64,000 nt of DNA, taken from NCBI GenBank assembly GCA_028870995.1, contig JAGWOI010000012.1:1501-65500 (forward strand), in the 5' to 3' direction. This document shows, in pieces, positions 9,271 through 19,217 of this stretch. The position numbers and the translations under genes were made by a program. The stretch's first letter is position 1; each line of letters starts with the position of its first letter. A model generated the notes under the pieces. The model had not been told where the DNA came from, did not search any database, and saw only the letters and a program-made list of their open reading frames with translations. Origin of the DNA: Candidatus Omnitrophota bacterium (lineage in GTDB: Bacteria; Omnitrophota; Gorgyraeia; Zapsychrales; Fredricksoniimonadaceae).

Positions 9271-10016
9271 AGTGAATCCAGGTGACGGGACAGGGTTTCC
9301 AGTTGATCGAGGAAATTTTGCAAATGCGCTTTGACCTGACGGGAAGGGATCAGGGTCTTCTTATGCTTATCATGGTAGGCCGAAAGCAAAGCTTCCGGCT
9401 TCAAAGCATAAATGCCCGCCAATTGTTTGAGCATTTCTTCCTTGTGTTGGGCAGGCTGCTGGTCTTTTAAATGGATAAGCTGCTTAAAGACCGGGACCAG
9501 ATCCGTAAAGGCGGCCAGAAGGAAATTCTTTAAAACCCTGAGATTGGAACCGTTTTCCAGATAGGCTTGCCGCAAATGCAGCAGCTTGCCCTTGATCTGT
9601 TGTTCGCACAGCAAGGCTATGTCTTTACGGGGAATGTCCAGGTCCTTAAAAACATCTTCGCCGAAAACCACCTTGTGCTGCTGTTTGATGCCGCTAAACT
9701 CAATGGGAAAAACATCCAAAGAGTTTAAAATATATTCCTTAGTCAAAAAAAGCGGCAGAGCGATCTTGCGCTTGCGGCCCCATTGCACCACCTCCAGGAC
9801 CTCATCCAAAACATGGGAATCAAGGTTCCTGACAACCACCGCCACATTAACATTGGAAACACCGGGATGGTAATTGCCATTGACCGCAGAACCGTAGACC
9901 AGAATGGAGATCACATTGTCATCCAGGCTTTTCAAAAGTTTATGGGCAAACTCCGTCATCAGCGGTTGGATGGGCAAAGGCAATTCATTAATAGATTTTA
10001 ATTCGGGCAAGATCAC
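9267..10016 (-). CDS. Pol-beta-like nucleotidyltransferase-fold protein (LemA/TPM-associated)
   Basis: SILVYGSAV.G.Y.PGVSNVNVAVV and SLDVFPIEF motifs; translationally coupled to both neighbours. Confidence 0.75.
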   Translation of the reverse strand: MILPELKSINELPLPIQPLMTEFAHKLLKSLDDNVISILVYGSAVNGNYHPGVSNVNVAVVVRNLDSHVLDEVLEVVQWGRKRKIALPLFLTKEYILNSLDVFPIEFSGIKQQHKVVFGEDVFKDLDIPRKDIALLCEQQIKGKLLHLRQAYLENGSNLRVLKNFLLAAFTDLVPVFKQLIHLKDQQPAQHKEEMLKQLAGIYALKPEALLSAYHDKHKKTLIPSRQVKAHLQNFLDQLETLSRHLDSL

Positions 10017-10255
10017 TTGGGCGTATGTTTTTTCTTACGGCTGACGGCTTTGAGGCCGGCGGGTTTCTTGAGGCCATTATGATAAGCCACCCATACTGCC
10101 GCGTGTTTCTTGAGCCAGTCTTCAGCCGCCGCTTCGAAACCGATATCATAACCGGCGATTTCGCTTTCCAGCCATTTATGGCGATTGATCTCCTCAATCA
10201 CCTTTTTATTACGCAACAATTTTTTGGCGTCCAGGCTGCTCAAACGGGTCTTCAT
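10013..10255 (-). CDS. small protein with DUF4032-like domain
   Basis: EINRHKWLESE.AGYDIGFEAAAEDW matches the recalled DUF4032 C-terminal pattern. Confidence 0.65.
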   Translation of the reverse strand: MKTRLSSLDAKKLLRNKKVIEEINRHKWLESEIAGYDIGFEAAAEDWLKKHAAVWVAYHNGLKKPAGLKAVSRKKKHTPK

Positions 10256-10262
10256 TTATTTT

Positions 10263-10291
10263 ATTCTAGCGTCATGGTATTTTTTTTGCAA
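10263..10291 (-). promoter_or_regulatory. sigma70-type promoter, probably leaderless transcript
   Basis: TTGCAA(10291-10286)-17 nt-TAGAAT(10268-10263), then 7 nt to ATG 10255; no SD. Confidence 0.65.
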
Positions 10292-10318
10292 GAACTTACT
10301 GTTAAAGAAGTTATGCAG

Positions 10319-11245
10319 TTAAAAAACCTGCACATTAAAATGGGCTTCGTAAGGAAATGTCCCTTTATCCTTCAGGTGCAACGCATAGGAAGCCTGCAAA
10401 AACTGTGCCGCCTGCTGAGACTGCCCCAAACGACCATAAAGGGTTGCCATGTCATAATAAACATCCGGATTGCTTTTTTGTAAACTCAGGCTCTTTTCAA
10501 AAAACAGCAAGGCTTCCTGGGGCCGGCCCATATTGTCGCAGGCGATCCCCGCATCGGCATAAAAAACATCTTTGTAAGGCAAATCAGGATTGGACACCGC
10601 CACCTTAGACACGAGAAACATCTTTTCGTACTGCCCCAAATGCGCAAGGCTCGATAATAAGAGAACATACGCCCTGCCCTGGGCTTCATGCAGGTCCGCC
10701 TCCAGCGAAAACCTGAAAAAAGGACTGGCAAAAATCTGGCGGTAAACAGTCGAATTTTGCATCAGGAATCCGGTGAGTTTTGGGTTCGAGGCAATGGTTT
10801 TAAATAAATAATCCGCGGCTTGGGACCAATCCCCTTTTTTGTAATAGATCAAACCCAGATTGTAATTGGACCAGAAAAGGCCCTGACCTTTGATGTCGGA
10901 AGAATTTTTGAACAGATCGATGGCCCTGCCTTCATGGCCAAAATAATACTCCACAAATCCCAAAAGCTGTTTGGTCAACGCATCATCCGGCATGTAACTT
11001 AATACCAGCTTGAAATAATTCGCGTACCGCTGCCATTCAGTATCGTCCCGCAAGGCCTTGCCCCTTGAAAAAAGCACAAGGTCGGAAAAATCAGGAATGG
11101 AATCATTCAAATGCCTGATCTTGGTACGCTCATCCAGCGTCTTGAAGTCTACAAAAACCAGACAAAAAAGAAATGCGACGATGTAAATGAAGCCGACCCT
11201 GCTTAACAACCAGCGCAAGGAGATTATCAAGTTCCATCGAGGCAT
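10319..11245 (-). CDS. TPR-repeat membrane-anchored protein
   Basis: N-terminal TM and TPR-like units (YNLGLIYYKKGDWSQAADYL; YYDMATLYGRLGQSQQAAQFL); GGAG SD before ATG 11245. Confidence 0.75.
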   Translation of the reverse strand: MPRWNLIISLRWLLSRVGFIYIVAFLFCLVFVDFKTLDERTKIRHLNDSIPDFSDLVLFSRGKALRDDTEWQRYANYFKLVLSYMPDDALTKQLLGFVEYYFGHEGRAIDLFKNSSDIKGQGLFWSNYNLGLIYYKKGDWSQAADYLFKTIASNPKLTGFLMQNSTVYRQIFASPFFRFSLEADLHEAQGRAYVLLLSSLAHLGQYEKMFLVSKVAVSNPDLPYKDVFYADAGIACDNMGRPQEALLFFEKSLSLQKSNPDVYYDMATLYGRLGQSQQAAQFLQASYALHLKDKGTFPYEAHFNVQVF

Positions 11246-13299
11246 GGTTTCTCCCTGGTTAACAGTGCCAACAGCGACAGAAACACAGCGGCAAAAATAA
11301 CAATCAAGGCCCAGCGGAATACATAATTCCAAGGATCGGCGAAACGCAGCAGGATATCGGATTGGCCTGCCGGGAGCCAAAGCCCCTTAAAGGCGACATT
11401 GGCCCTGTACAAATGCGCCGGCCGACCGTTGATCGTGGCATGCCAGCGGGTATCATAATTGTCATTGATGACCAAAAATTGCCTGTAAGGCAGCCGGGCC
11501 TTTAGCCTCCAGGTATTGGCGTCGGCATGCACCAGCAATAATTTTCCGGACTTTAAAGGATGAATGTCCGCCTCTGGCAAGACGCCAGGTTTGCTCTGCC
11601 AATCTTTGGCAGTGCTTTCAAATTTTGGCAGATAAGCCACATTGCCGCCGGCAGCGGCCGTTACATCAAAAGTTTTAAAGAACGGCATGTTTTCCTCATA
11701 AGGAAACACGTTGTCATAGAGAATGAATCGGTGTTCCAGATAGGTATGCAAAGATGCGGGATCCATAAAATCCACCAGGGCGCTGAACCAATGGGTGGCG
11801 TAATACAATTCCATTTTTGACGGCTTTTGGCTGATATGGGCTTTTTGGTACTCAAATTGCTCCTGAAGGCCGGCAAATAATTTTTTATCCATCTGGGCAT
11901 AGACCTGCGCGGATTGGATAAAAACTGCCGCCAGCAGAAGACAAAGGGCAAGCCTGGAAGCCCTGTTGCCCCAACGCCAATAAACAATGAAAAAAACAAG
12001 GCTCAAAGCCATTGCAGCCCAGGCCCCGGCCAGGACCCCCTGCCGTGTCAACAGGAACCCTGCAAACGCCAGGTGGGCGGTGATGATAACGGCAAGCCAG
12101 GCCGCTTTCCGGGATGATGCGCTGATAGCCTCCAATAAAGGTTTTAAAGCAGCTGCAGATAACAGGATGGCCATGGGCAATATACCCAGCCAAAAGAGAT
12201 AATAAATCTGCCGGATGAATTTCAAAAAAAACAGATGCCCATAAAGAAAGGCGTTGATCCTGGAAGCGGTCGTAATGGTGATGAGAAAAAGCATAAGGAT
12301 ATTGAAAAGCAGGAAGTAGATAAGTTTATTGATCCTTGCCGGAATGGAGATCAAAAGAACCAGGAAAAACACATAGGGAATAAAAATGTCCCCCATATCC
12401 AAATGCGCCTGGTCGTCAAACAGTCGGTCAAAATATCCATGGCTGACAAGATCTCCGCTTTCGGTCGCCTGTGCCCCTACGGTCACGGCCGATGATGCGC
12501 TGGCATTGCCGAAATGGCGGCCAGGCAGGACAAAACCGCCGCTTTTTGATTCCTTATAAAAAGCCAGACCCGGAATACAGGAAATTAAAAGGAAGGCGGC
12601 GCAAATAAAAGAAAAGAACTTATGCTTGGCGAAAAAAGATAAACTTTTCTTAAAGAAATCTGCCAAAGACCGGGGATAGAAAAAGATAAAGAAAAAAGTA
12701 AAGACAGTCAGGATGATCACAAAGAAAAACGGGATATAGGTTGTCGCGATAAGTCCTAAGCACAGGCTCAAACCAAGCAAAGAGCTGCGTTGAGGCTTTC
12801 GACCGAAGCATAAAAGGAAAAAAAAGGACCAGATGATGGGAACAAAAATGATAATTATGTAGTTATAGAATATTTCAGAACCCCAGGAAGAGAACAGGAA
12901 CAGGATATAGGCCGCAAAGGCAACCAAGCGGTCCGTGAACAGCAGCCTGGCGATCAGGTAAACGCCTAAGGCCGCCAAAAAATAATACAAGCCTATAAAG
13001 ACCAGATAGGCCGCTGCGGATGAAACCCCCGCCCATTTCAACAGGATGATCAGGAAAAAAAACGGATTAACCTCCCCCATCCGCCTTAAAAAAAATTCAT
13101 TCGGCGCCCCATAAAACCAGGTCGGGTCCCACAGAGGAAAAACACCCTTACTTAAACTATCAGTGTAAAAAAGAATATGGTCGCGGTATGAAATGGCATC
13201 GGCGAATAAAGGCAGACGCTGCGCAAAAAAATTCCAAAAACAGAAGATCCACAAAATAAAGGATACAGCCAACAGCAGTTTTTCAACCCACGGTTTCAT
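11227..13299 (-). CDS. YfhO-like polytopic membrane protein (GT-C related)
   Basis: G.FPLWDP..FYGAP at the N-terminus, many TMs, and C-terminal LVINDNYD..W.ATING...YRANVAFKGLWLPAG. Confidence 0.75.
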   Translation of the reverse strand: MKPWVEKLLLAVSFILWIFCFWNFFAQRLPLFADAISYRDHILFYTDSLSKGVFPLWDPTWFYGAPNEFFLRRMGEVNPFFFLIILLKWAGVSSAAAYLVFIGLYYFLAALGVYLIARLLFTDRLVAFAAYILFLFSSWGSEIFYNYIIIIFVPIIWSFFFLLCFGRKPQRSSLLGLSLCLGLIATTYIPFFFVIILTVFTFFFIFFYPRSLADFFKKSLSFFAKHKFFSFICAAFLLISCIPGLAFYKESKSGGFVLPGRHFGNASASSAVTVGAQATESGDLVSHGYFDRLFDDQAHLDMGDIFIPYVFFLVLLISIPARINKLIYFLLFNILMLFLITITTASRINAFLYGHLFFLKFIRQIYYLFWLGILPMAILLSAAALKPLLEAISASSRKAAWLAVIITAHLAFAGFLLTRQGVLAGAWAAMALSLVFFIVYWRWGNRASRLALCLLLAAVFIQSAQVYAQMDKKLFAGLQEQFEYQKAHISQKPSKMELYYATHWFSALVDFMDPASLHTYLEHRFILYDNVFPYEENMPFFKTFDVTAAAGGNVAYLPKFESTAKDWQSKPGVLPEADIHPLKSGKLLLVHADANTWRLKARLPYRQFLVINDNYDTRWHATINGRPAHLYRANVAFKGLWLPAGQSDILLRFADPWNYVFRWALIVIFAAVFLSLLALLTREKPCLDGT

Positions 13300-13829
13300 T
13301 CGATCCTCTTAAGCTTAAAGGCGCTGCGAAGCCGGTAGGCGGCAATGCCGAAAGCCACGGCCACATTCAAAGAATTCTTGATTCCGTCCATCTCTATCTC
13401 GATGGCGGCATCGCATAGATCCGGCAAAGCATCTGCCACCCCGCTGACCTCATTGCCGATCACCAAACACACAGGGAACCTGGGTTTAAATATATCGTGG
13501 TTGATGCTGCCCTTCATTTGTTCAAGCAGCACGATCTGATATCCCTGCTCCTTCAACTCTTGTACCAGACCGACAATGCTTTCCCTATATTCCCAAGGCA
13601 CATGGTTTTCCGCGCCCAAGGCGGTTTTGGCGATGCCGCCCTGCGGCGGGTAACCGGTGATGCCGCAAAGCCAGATTTTGGACACCCCCGCCCCGTCGGC
13701 GGTACGGAAAATAGTGCCCACGTTATGCAGACTGCGGATGTTATTAAGCACAACACACACCGGCAGCTTGCGGCCGTTGAGCTTACCAGCCTGACGGCTG
13801 ACGATCTCCTCATGGGTAAGCTTGCGCAT
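13296..13829 (-). CDS. TrmH/SpoU family RNA methyltransferase
   Basis: LNNIRSLHNVGTIFRTAD, VIGNEVSGV and SLNVAVA SPOUT motifs. Confidence 0.92.
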   Translation of the reverse strand: MRKLTHEEIVSRQAGKLNGRKLPVCVVLNNIRSLHNVGTIFRTADGAGVSKIWLCGITGYPPQGGIAKTALGAENHVPWEYRESIVGLVQELKEQGYQIVLLEQMKGSINHDIFKPRFPVCLVIGNEVSGVADALPDLCDAAIEIEMDGIKNSLNVAVAFGIAAYRLRSAFKLKRIE

Positions 13830-13831
13830 GT

Positions 13832-15553
13832 TTAGGAAAGCATCTCCCATTCCTGAGTTGCCGTTTCAATCAAGGGCTTGATGATATCATCGGAGAAATC
13901 AAAAGAGATCCCTGCAGCCTGATACAGCTCCTTGACAGGCCTGGAACCCCCCAGGGAAAGCCCCCGCTTATAGTCGGCCAAAGCCTTGGCCGTCCCCATG
14001 CGCCTGGCGTTACGCCACACCTGCAGAGCGCCTAATTGTGCGATACCGTATTCAATATAATAAAACGGCAATTCAAAAATATGCAGCTGCCTATGCCATA
14101 AATAATTTTTAACCTCATCCAGCCCGCTGTAGTCGATAAACTTGCCGCCAAACCGGTCATAAAGCTCATTCCAGGCCGCCCGGCGCTCGTTGCGTGAATG
14201 CTGCGGGTGCTCATAAAGCCAGTGCTGAAATGCGTCGATATTGGCCACCCAGGCCAGGACATGAATGATCCCCTCCAAATGCTCGCGGTTCGAACGGCGC
14301 ACATCGGCATTGTCATAAAATTCACCGATATGCTCCCCTCCCAACAATTCCATGGCCATGGAAGCCACCTCGCAAAATTCCATGGGGCCGTGGCGGTAGT
14401 CGAGGATGGGGTCATGGGCGCAGGCCAGGGCATGAAAGGCATGGCCCGATTCGTGCAGCAGCGTGCGCACATCATCATCGATACCGACGGCATTCATAAA
14501 AATAAAGGGCTTGCGCGCCTCGCATAAGGTGTTCTGGTAGCCGCCCGGAGCCTTGCCCTTGCGGCTGGCCAAATCCAGAAGACCAAGCTTCTCCATCTCT
14601 TGGAATTGCCCGGCAAAATCAGGGTCCAATTTATTAAAAATAGCACCCGTGCCCCGGACCAAATCCCCGGCTTCTTTAAAAGGCGCCAACGGTTTTTGCC
14701 CCAATGGATCAACGGCCGTGTCCCATGGCCGCAAAGAAGTCAACTTCATCTGTTCTTTGCGTTTGCTTAATATCTTCCCGTTTAATGGCACCACCAGCTT
14801 TTCAACCGTCTGGTGGTATTTTTTGCAATCCGCCGGCGTATAATCAAAACGCTGGTAGGCTTTAAACTGGTAATCAGTAAAACAGGAAAACCCCGCATTA
14901 GAGCCAATCTCATTGCGTAATTCAAACATCTTATCAAAAAGCTCTTCCAGCTTGTCCCTGTCTTTCAGGCGGCGTTCGGCCGTAGCTTTCCAGGCCCGCT
15001 CGCGCAGGGAGCGGTCGGTTTCCAAAAGGTATTTGCCCATCTGCGGCAGGGTCTGCTCGCTTCCCTCAAAGTTCACCGTCATGCCACCGATAACCGTCTG
15101 ATATTCCTGGCTGAGCAAAGCCACCTTGGTCTGCAGGGGCACGTTTTTCTCGACAAAAAGCTCTATGCTGGTTCTGGCCGCCCGGTCGTAGACTTCATAA
15201 CGATGAGGGTTCAAGGGGAAAAGTTTACGGGCTTCCAAATATTTGCGGTTCAAACGGTCGTTGATCGGCTCGACCGCCGGTGGAATCGTTTGAACAAATT
15301 GGGCATAGGCCGCAGCCCGGGCAGGGTCATCGGTCTGACAGGTCATGCGGATATAAAGGATGGAGCCTGCCTGGGAGAGGGCCGCATCCAGCTCGGAACG
15401 CTGCAAAAGCCATTGTTCCAGCTCTTGGGCAGAGCCGATTTCTTTCTTTTCCAATTGCCCATAGAGCTCCAGGACCGTAGCCTGGTCGGTCAAATCCGCA
15501 CCGTCCGGCACAAAACTTCTTGTTTGATAAGGTGTCAATTGAGTTAAATCCAT
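13832..15553 (-). CDS. M3 family oligoendopeptidase
   Basis: RKGKAPGGY, zinc motif HESGHAFH, EVASMAME and PFYYIEYGIAQLGALQ. Confidence 0.93.
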   Translation of the reverse strand: MDLTQLTPYQTRSFVPDGADLTDQATVLELYGQLEKKEIGSAQELEQWLLQRSELDAALSQAGSILYIRMTCQTDDPARAAAYAQFVQTIPPAVEPINDRLNRKYLEARKLFPLNPHRYEVYDRAARTSIELFVEKNVPLQTKVALLSQEYQTVIGGMTVNFEGSEQTLPQMGKYLLETDRSLRERAWKATAERRLKDRDKLEELFDKMFELRNEIGSNAGFSCFTDYQFKAYQRFDYTPADCKKYHQTVEKLVVPLNGKILSKRKEQMKLTSLRPWDTAVDPLGQKPLAPFKEAGDLVRGTGAIFNKLDPDFAGQFQEMEKLGLLDLASRKGKAPGGYQNTLCEARKPFIFMNAVGIDDDVRTLLHESGHAFHALACAHDPILDYRHGPMEFCEVASMAMELLGGEHIGEFYDNADVRRSNREHLEGIIHVLAWVANIDAFQHWLYEHPQHSRNERRAAWNELYDRFGGKFIDYSGLDEVKNYLWHRQLHIFELPFYYIEYGIAQLGALQVWRNARRMGTAKALADYKRGLSLGGSRPVKELYQAAGISFDFSDDIIKPLIETATQEWEMLS

Positions 15554-15572
15554 AACGTCGTCCTTTTAAAGC

Positions 15573-15600
15573 TTGACAAATCCAGGCAATCAAGTATGCT
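15573..15600 (+). promoter_or_regulatory. putative sigma70 promoter of rpmB
   Basis: TTGACA(15573-15578)-16 nt-TATGCT(15595-15600). Confidence 0.5.
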
Positions 15601-15641
15601 TATTATTCAAATTTTGACCTATTAACCAAAGAGGCATTCTC

Positions 15642-15869
15642 ATGAGAACTTGCGTTATTTGTGACAAAACAATGGCTTCCGGCAGAAAATACAAGCGGCG
15701 CGGTATGGAAAAGAAAAAAGGCGGCGCCGGTTCCAAAATTGTCGGTAAATCTTTCCGCACGGTACTTCCCAACCTCCAGCGCATCAAGATCAAGTTAAAC
15801 GGCATCGTGCAGCGTGCTCTGGTATGCACCAGCTGCATCAAAGCCAACAAAGTCACGCGGGCAGCCTGA
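15642..15869 (+). CDS. rpmB: 50S ribosomal protein L28
   Basis: CVICDK...PNLQ...VCTSCIK; GAGG SD; 3' end overlaps the convergent recJ by 17 nt. Confidence 0.93.
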   Translation: MRTCVICDKTMASGRKYKRRGMEKKKGGAGSKIVGKSFRTVLPNLQRIKIKLNGIVQRALVCTSCIKANKVTRAA

Positions 15870-17535
15870 TATCTTTCAGCAATAATTGCGCGGCCGGAGC
15901 CTTGTTCCAATCATCGATGCTCAAGGTGTAGGCCGCGTCTATTTTACCGCCCAATCTCACTATCTCCCTGAAAGAACCCATCCCGAAACCCACGGCGCTG
16001 ATCGATTTGCTGCCGTCACTGACCCAGAATTTGATCGTATCCTTGCCCAATACCACCGGCTGACTTTTGACCAAAAGCCCCCTGGAGCAGAACACCGGGG
16101 CGGGATTACCCTCTCCATGCGGTTCCATGGAGGCGATAAGCTCAATCAACTTCAAATCTATTATACTCAAAGGCAGTTCACAGTCGATATCCAAGGTGGG
16201 AACGCATTTTTCCGCAGACAAAAATTGTTTGGCAAAATCATTCATGGCTTTGCGGAAGGTCGCGATATTGCCATGCTTTAACCGCAAACCGGCAGCCCGC
16301 TGGTGGCCGCCGTAATTCTCCAGGAATTCGGCGCAGCTGGTCAAGGCTTCGTGCAAGTGAAACCCGTTGATGGAACGGGCGGAACCCGTCCCGATGCCGT
16401 CCTCAACGGAGATTACGATGGTAGGCCGGTAATATTTATCCACGATACGGCTGGCCACGATCCCCAAAACTCCCTTGTGCCAGCCTTCCTTGTGCACGAT
16501 AATGACCCCTTCTTCCTTGTGCAGCCCCTCGGCTTCGATCATGGCCATGGCCTCTTCCACCACTTCATTTTGCATTTTCTGACGGGTGGAGTTATGGGCT
16601 TCCAGGTTGCAGGCCAGGGCATACGCATCGGCGGCATTGTCAGATAAAAGCAAATCCAAGGAAACTGCAGCGGAATCCATCCGGCCGGCCGCATTCAGGC
16701 GGGGGCCTAAAATAAAACCGATATAATACGGCCTCATTCTCTTGCCGGCGATCTTGGAGACTTCCAAGAGGGCTTTTAAGCCCGGCTTGCTGGTCCGTTC
16801 GATCGTGGGCAGGCCGTTTTTGACAAAAATGCGGTTCTCTCCGTGCAAGGGCACCACATCCGCCACGGTCCCTAACGCCACCAGGTCCAGATCTTCCGAA
16901 GGGATATTGCCCAGCACGGCCTGCGTCAGTTTGGCCACCAGACCAACGGCAGACAAATTCTTAAACGGGTACAGGCAGTCCAGGCGCTTGGGATTAATGA
17001 CACCCAGGGCCGCAGGAAGCTTATCCCCTTCCGGCTCATGATGGTCAATGATGATCACATCGATGCCGGCGGCTTTAATGGCATCCACCGGCCCAAAGGC
17101 ATTGATACCGCAATCAACCGTGATCACCAGGCTGATACCCCGCGATTTGGCGAATTGGGCGATCTCCTGGTTAAGGCCGTATCCTTCTTCCATCCGGTGG
17201 GGAATGTAATTGATCGTCGGAATGCCTAGATGGTCCATGAGCCGGCGCAGCAAGGCGCTGGAAGTGACCCCGTCCACATCATAGTCGCCGTAAATGAGCA
17301 CTTTTTCCCCCCGCTTCCTGGCCTCTTCGATGCGGGCAGTGACGCGGTCCATGTCCGAGAGCAAAAAAGGATTATGCAGGGTTTGCAGGTCAGCGGACAG
17401 GAATATCCTGGCCTGGGCAGCGGTGGTGATCTTACGGTTGACTAAAAGCTGCGCCATGATGGGGTGAAGGCCCAACGCTTCGCTAAGATGCTGGCAGGCT
17501 GACGGGTTTTGAGGTTGGATATTCCATTGTTTCAT
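15853..17535 (-). CDS. recJ: single-stranded-DNA exonuclease RecJ
   Basis: YGDYDVDG, ITVDCG, DHH, LGTVADVV, PRLNAAGR, GSARS and YGGH motifs. Confidence 0.97.
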   Translation of the reverse strand: MKQWNIQPQNPSACQHLSEALGLHPIMAQLLVNRKITTAAQARIFLSADLQTLHNPFLLSDMDRVTARIEEARKRGEKVLIYGDYDVDGVTSSALLRRLMDHLGIPTINYIPHRMEEGYGLNQEIAQFAKSRGISLVITVDCGINAFGPVDAIKAAGIDVIIIDHHEPEGDKLPAALGVINPKRLDCLYPFKNLSAVGLVAKLTQAVLGNIPSEDLDLVALGTVADVVPLHGENRIFVKNGLPTIERTSKPGLKALLEVSKIAGKRMRPYYIGFILGPRLNAAGRMDSAAVSLDLLLSDNAADAYALACNLEAHNSTRQKMQNEVVEEAMAMIEAEGLHKEEGVIIVHKEGWHKGVLGIVASRIVDKYYRPTIVISVEDGIGTGSARSINGFHLHEALTSCAEFLENYGGHQRAAGLRLKHGNIATFRKAMNDFAKQFLSAEKCVPTLDIDCELPLSIIDLKLIELIASMEPHGEGNPAPVFCSRGLLVKSQPVVLGKDTIKFWVSDGSKSISAVGFGMGSFREIVRLGGKIDAAYTLSIDDWNKAPAAQLLLKDIRLPA

Positions 17536-17538
17536 CTT

Positions 17539-19209
17539 TTACATTTTCTCGGGAGCGGAAACCCCCAGCAATTTCAGGCCGTTGCCAAGGACGGTACGGG
17601 CGGCTTCAATAAGGCTTAAACGTTCAGAAGATAACTCTTTGTTCTCATCCAGGACGCGGCAGGAATCATAAAATTTATGGAACGCCGCCGCCACCTCCTG
17701 CAAATACCGCACCAGGCTGAAAGGCTCCAGGGACTTGGCGCACCCGATCAGTATATCAGGCATAAGGCCCAATTTACGCATTAGATCGATCTCTTCAGGC
17801 TGCTGAAGGAGTTTGAAGTCCGTGGTCTTGAAAGAGCAATGACTCTCCTCCTGGGCCTTGCGGATGATACTGTGGATACGTGCGTAGGCGTACTGAATGT
17901 AATACACCGGATTTTCCGGAGTCTGCTTCTTCGCCAATTCCAGGTCGAATTCCAGGTGGGCGTTGGTCTGGCGCATTAAAAAGAAAAACCTGCCTGCATC
18001 GCGGCCCACTTCATCCATGACCTCACGCAGGCTGATAAACTCTCCCCGGCGGGTGGACATGGAAACTTCCTTACCGTTGCGGTAAATCGTGGCCAGCTGG
18101 ACGATTAATATATCGAGATCGTCTTTGGAATGCCCCAGGGCGGCGGCCGCGGCCTTGATCCTGGGGATATAGCCGTGATGGTCCGGGCCTAAAATATTGA
18201 CGATCCGTTCAAAGCCGCGGGCGAATTTGTCCTTATGGTAAACGATGTCCGGGGTCAAATAGGTGTATTGCCCGTCGCTTTTTCTGACCACCCGGTCCTT
18301 GTCATCGCCCCACAGGGTCGACTTAAACCACCAGGCCCCTTCGTTCTCATAGATGTAGCCTTTGCTTTTTAACTCCGCCAGCAGCGCCTCAATGGCTTTG
18401 ATGCCGGCAATTTTCGACTGGTAGGACCAGATGTCGAAATGCACCCCAAAATCTTCCAGGTCCTTTTCGATCAAATCCATTAAATATTTCACACCGAATT
18501 GGCGGAAGGCGCTGTCGGGCTGCTTGTCCAGGTCGGCGGCCGTCTTGATCCCTTGGGCGTCCATAAACGCCTGGGCCATGGTCCGGATGTAATCGCCTTG
18601 ATAGCCGTCCTCTGGAAAAGCGACTGTTATCCCAAGGATTTGCTGTGCCCTGGCCTTGATGGAACGGCCGAGGATATTGATCTGGTTTCCCTCATCATTG
18701 ACGTAATATTCCCTCTTGGCATCGAATCCCACGGCCAGCAGGATATTGACCAGGGTGTCGCCCACGGCGGCCTGGCGGCCATGGGCCACGGTCAAGGGGC
18801 CCGTGGGGTTGGCGCTGACAAATTCCAGGCAGAATTTTTTGTTGCCTCCGAAATTGGATCGGCCGTAATCTTCCTTTTGCCGGAAAACATCATCCAGCAC
18901 ACCGTAAAACCCTTGAGGTGAAAGATAAAAATTGATAAAGCCCGGGGCCTTGACATCGATACGGGCGATTTGGACACCAAGAGGATGTGTTTTTAAAAGC
19001 TCTTCCAGGCGGGGCTTGATCTCTCCGGCAATGGCCAGCGGGTTCTTTTTCAGCAGGCGGCTTAACTGCAAAGCAATATTGCAGGTAAACTCCCCGAACT
19101 GCTTGTCCGAGGGAAGATCGATCAAGACAGCGGGAGCATTGAGGCCCTCAAATATTTTCAGAGCCTCAACGATGAGATCTTGCAATTGGGCGCGGATATC
19201 AGCGAACAT
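17539..19209 (-). CDS. argS: arginine--tRNA ligase
   Basis: PGFINF, EFVSANPTGPLTVAHGR, MSTRRGE, NPVYYIQYAYAR and LGVSAPEKM. ATG 19209 preferred over GTG 19233, which lies in a palindrome. Confidence 0.97.
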   Translation of the reverse strand: MFADIRAQLQDLIVEALKIFEGLNAPAVLIDLPSDKQFGEFTCNIALQLSRLLKKNPLAIAGEIKPRLEELLKTHPLGVQIARIDVKAPGFINFYLSPQGFYGVLDDVFRQKEDYGRSNFGGNKKFCLEFVSANPTGPLTVAHGRQAAVGDTLVNILLAVGFDAKREYYVNDEGNQINILGRSIKARAQQILGITVAFPEDGYQGDYIRTMAQAFMDAQGIKTAADLDKQPDSAFRQFGVKYLMDLIEKDLEDFGVHFDIWSYQSKIAGIKAIEALLAELKSKGYIYENEGAWWFKSTLWGDDKDRVVRKSDGQYTYLTPDIVYHKDKFARGFERIVNILGPDHHGYIPRIKAAAAALGHSKDDLDILIVQLATIYRNGKEVSMSTRRGEFISLREVMDEVGRDAGRFFFLMRQTNAHLEFDLELAKKQTPENPVYYIQYAYARIHSIIRKAQEESHCSFKTTDFKLLQQPEEIDLMRKLGLMPDILIGCAKSLEPFSLVRYLQEVAAAFHKFYDSCRVLDENKELSSERLSLIEAARTVLGNGLKLLGVSAPEKM

Positions 19210-19217
19210 AGAAATAG

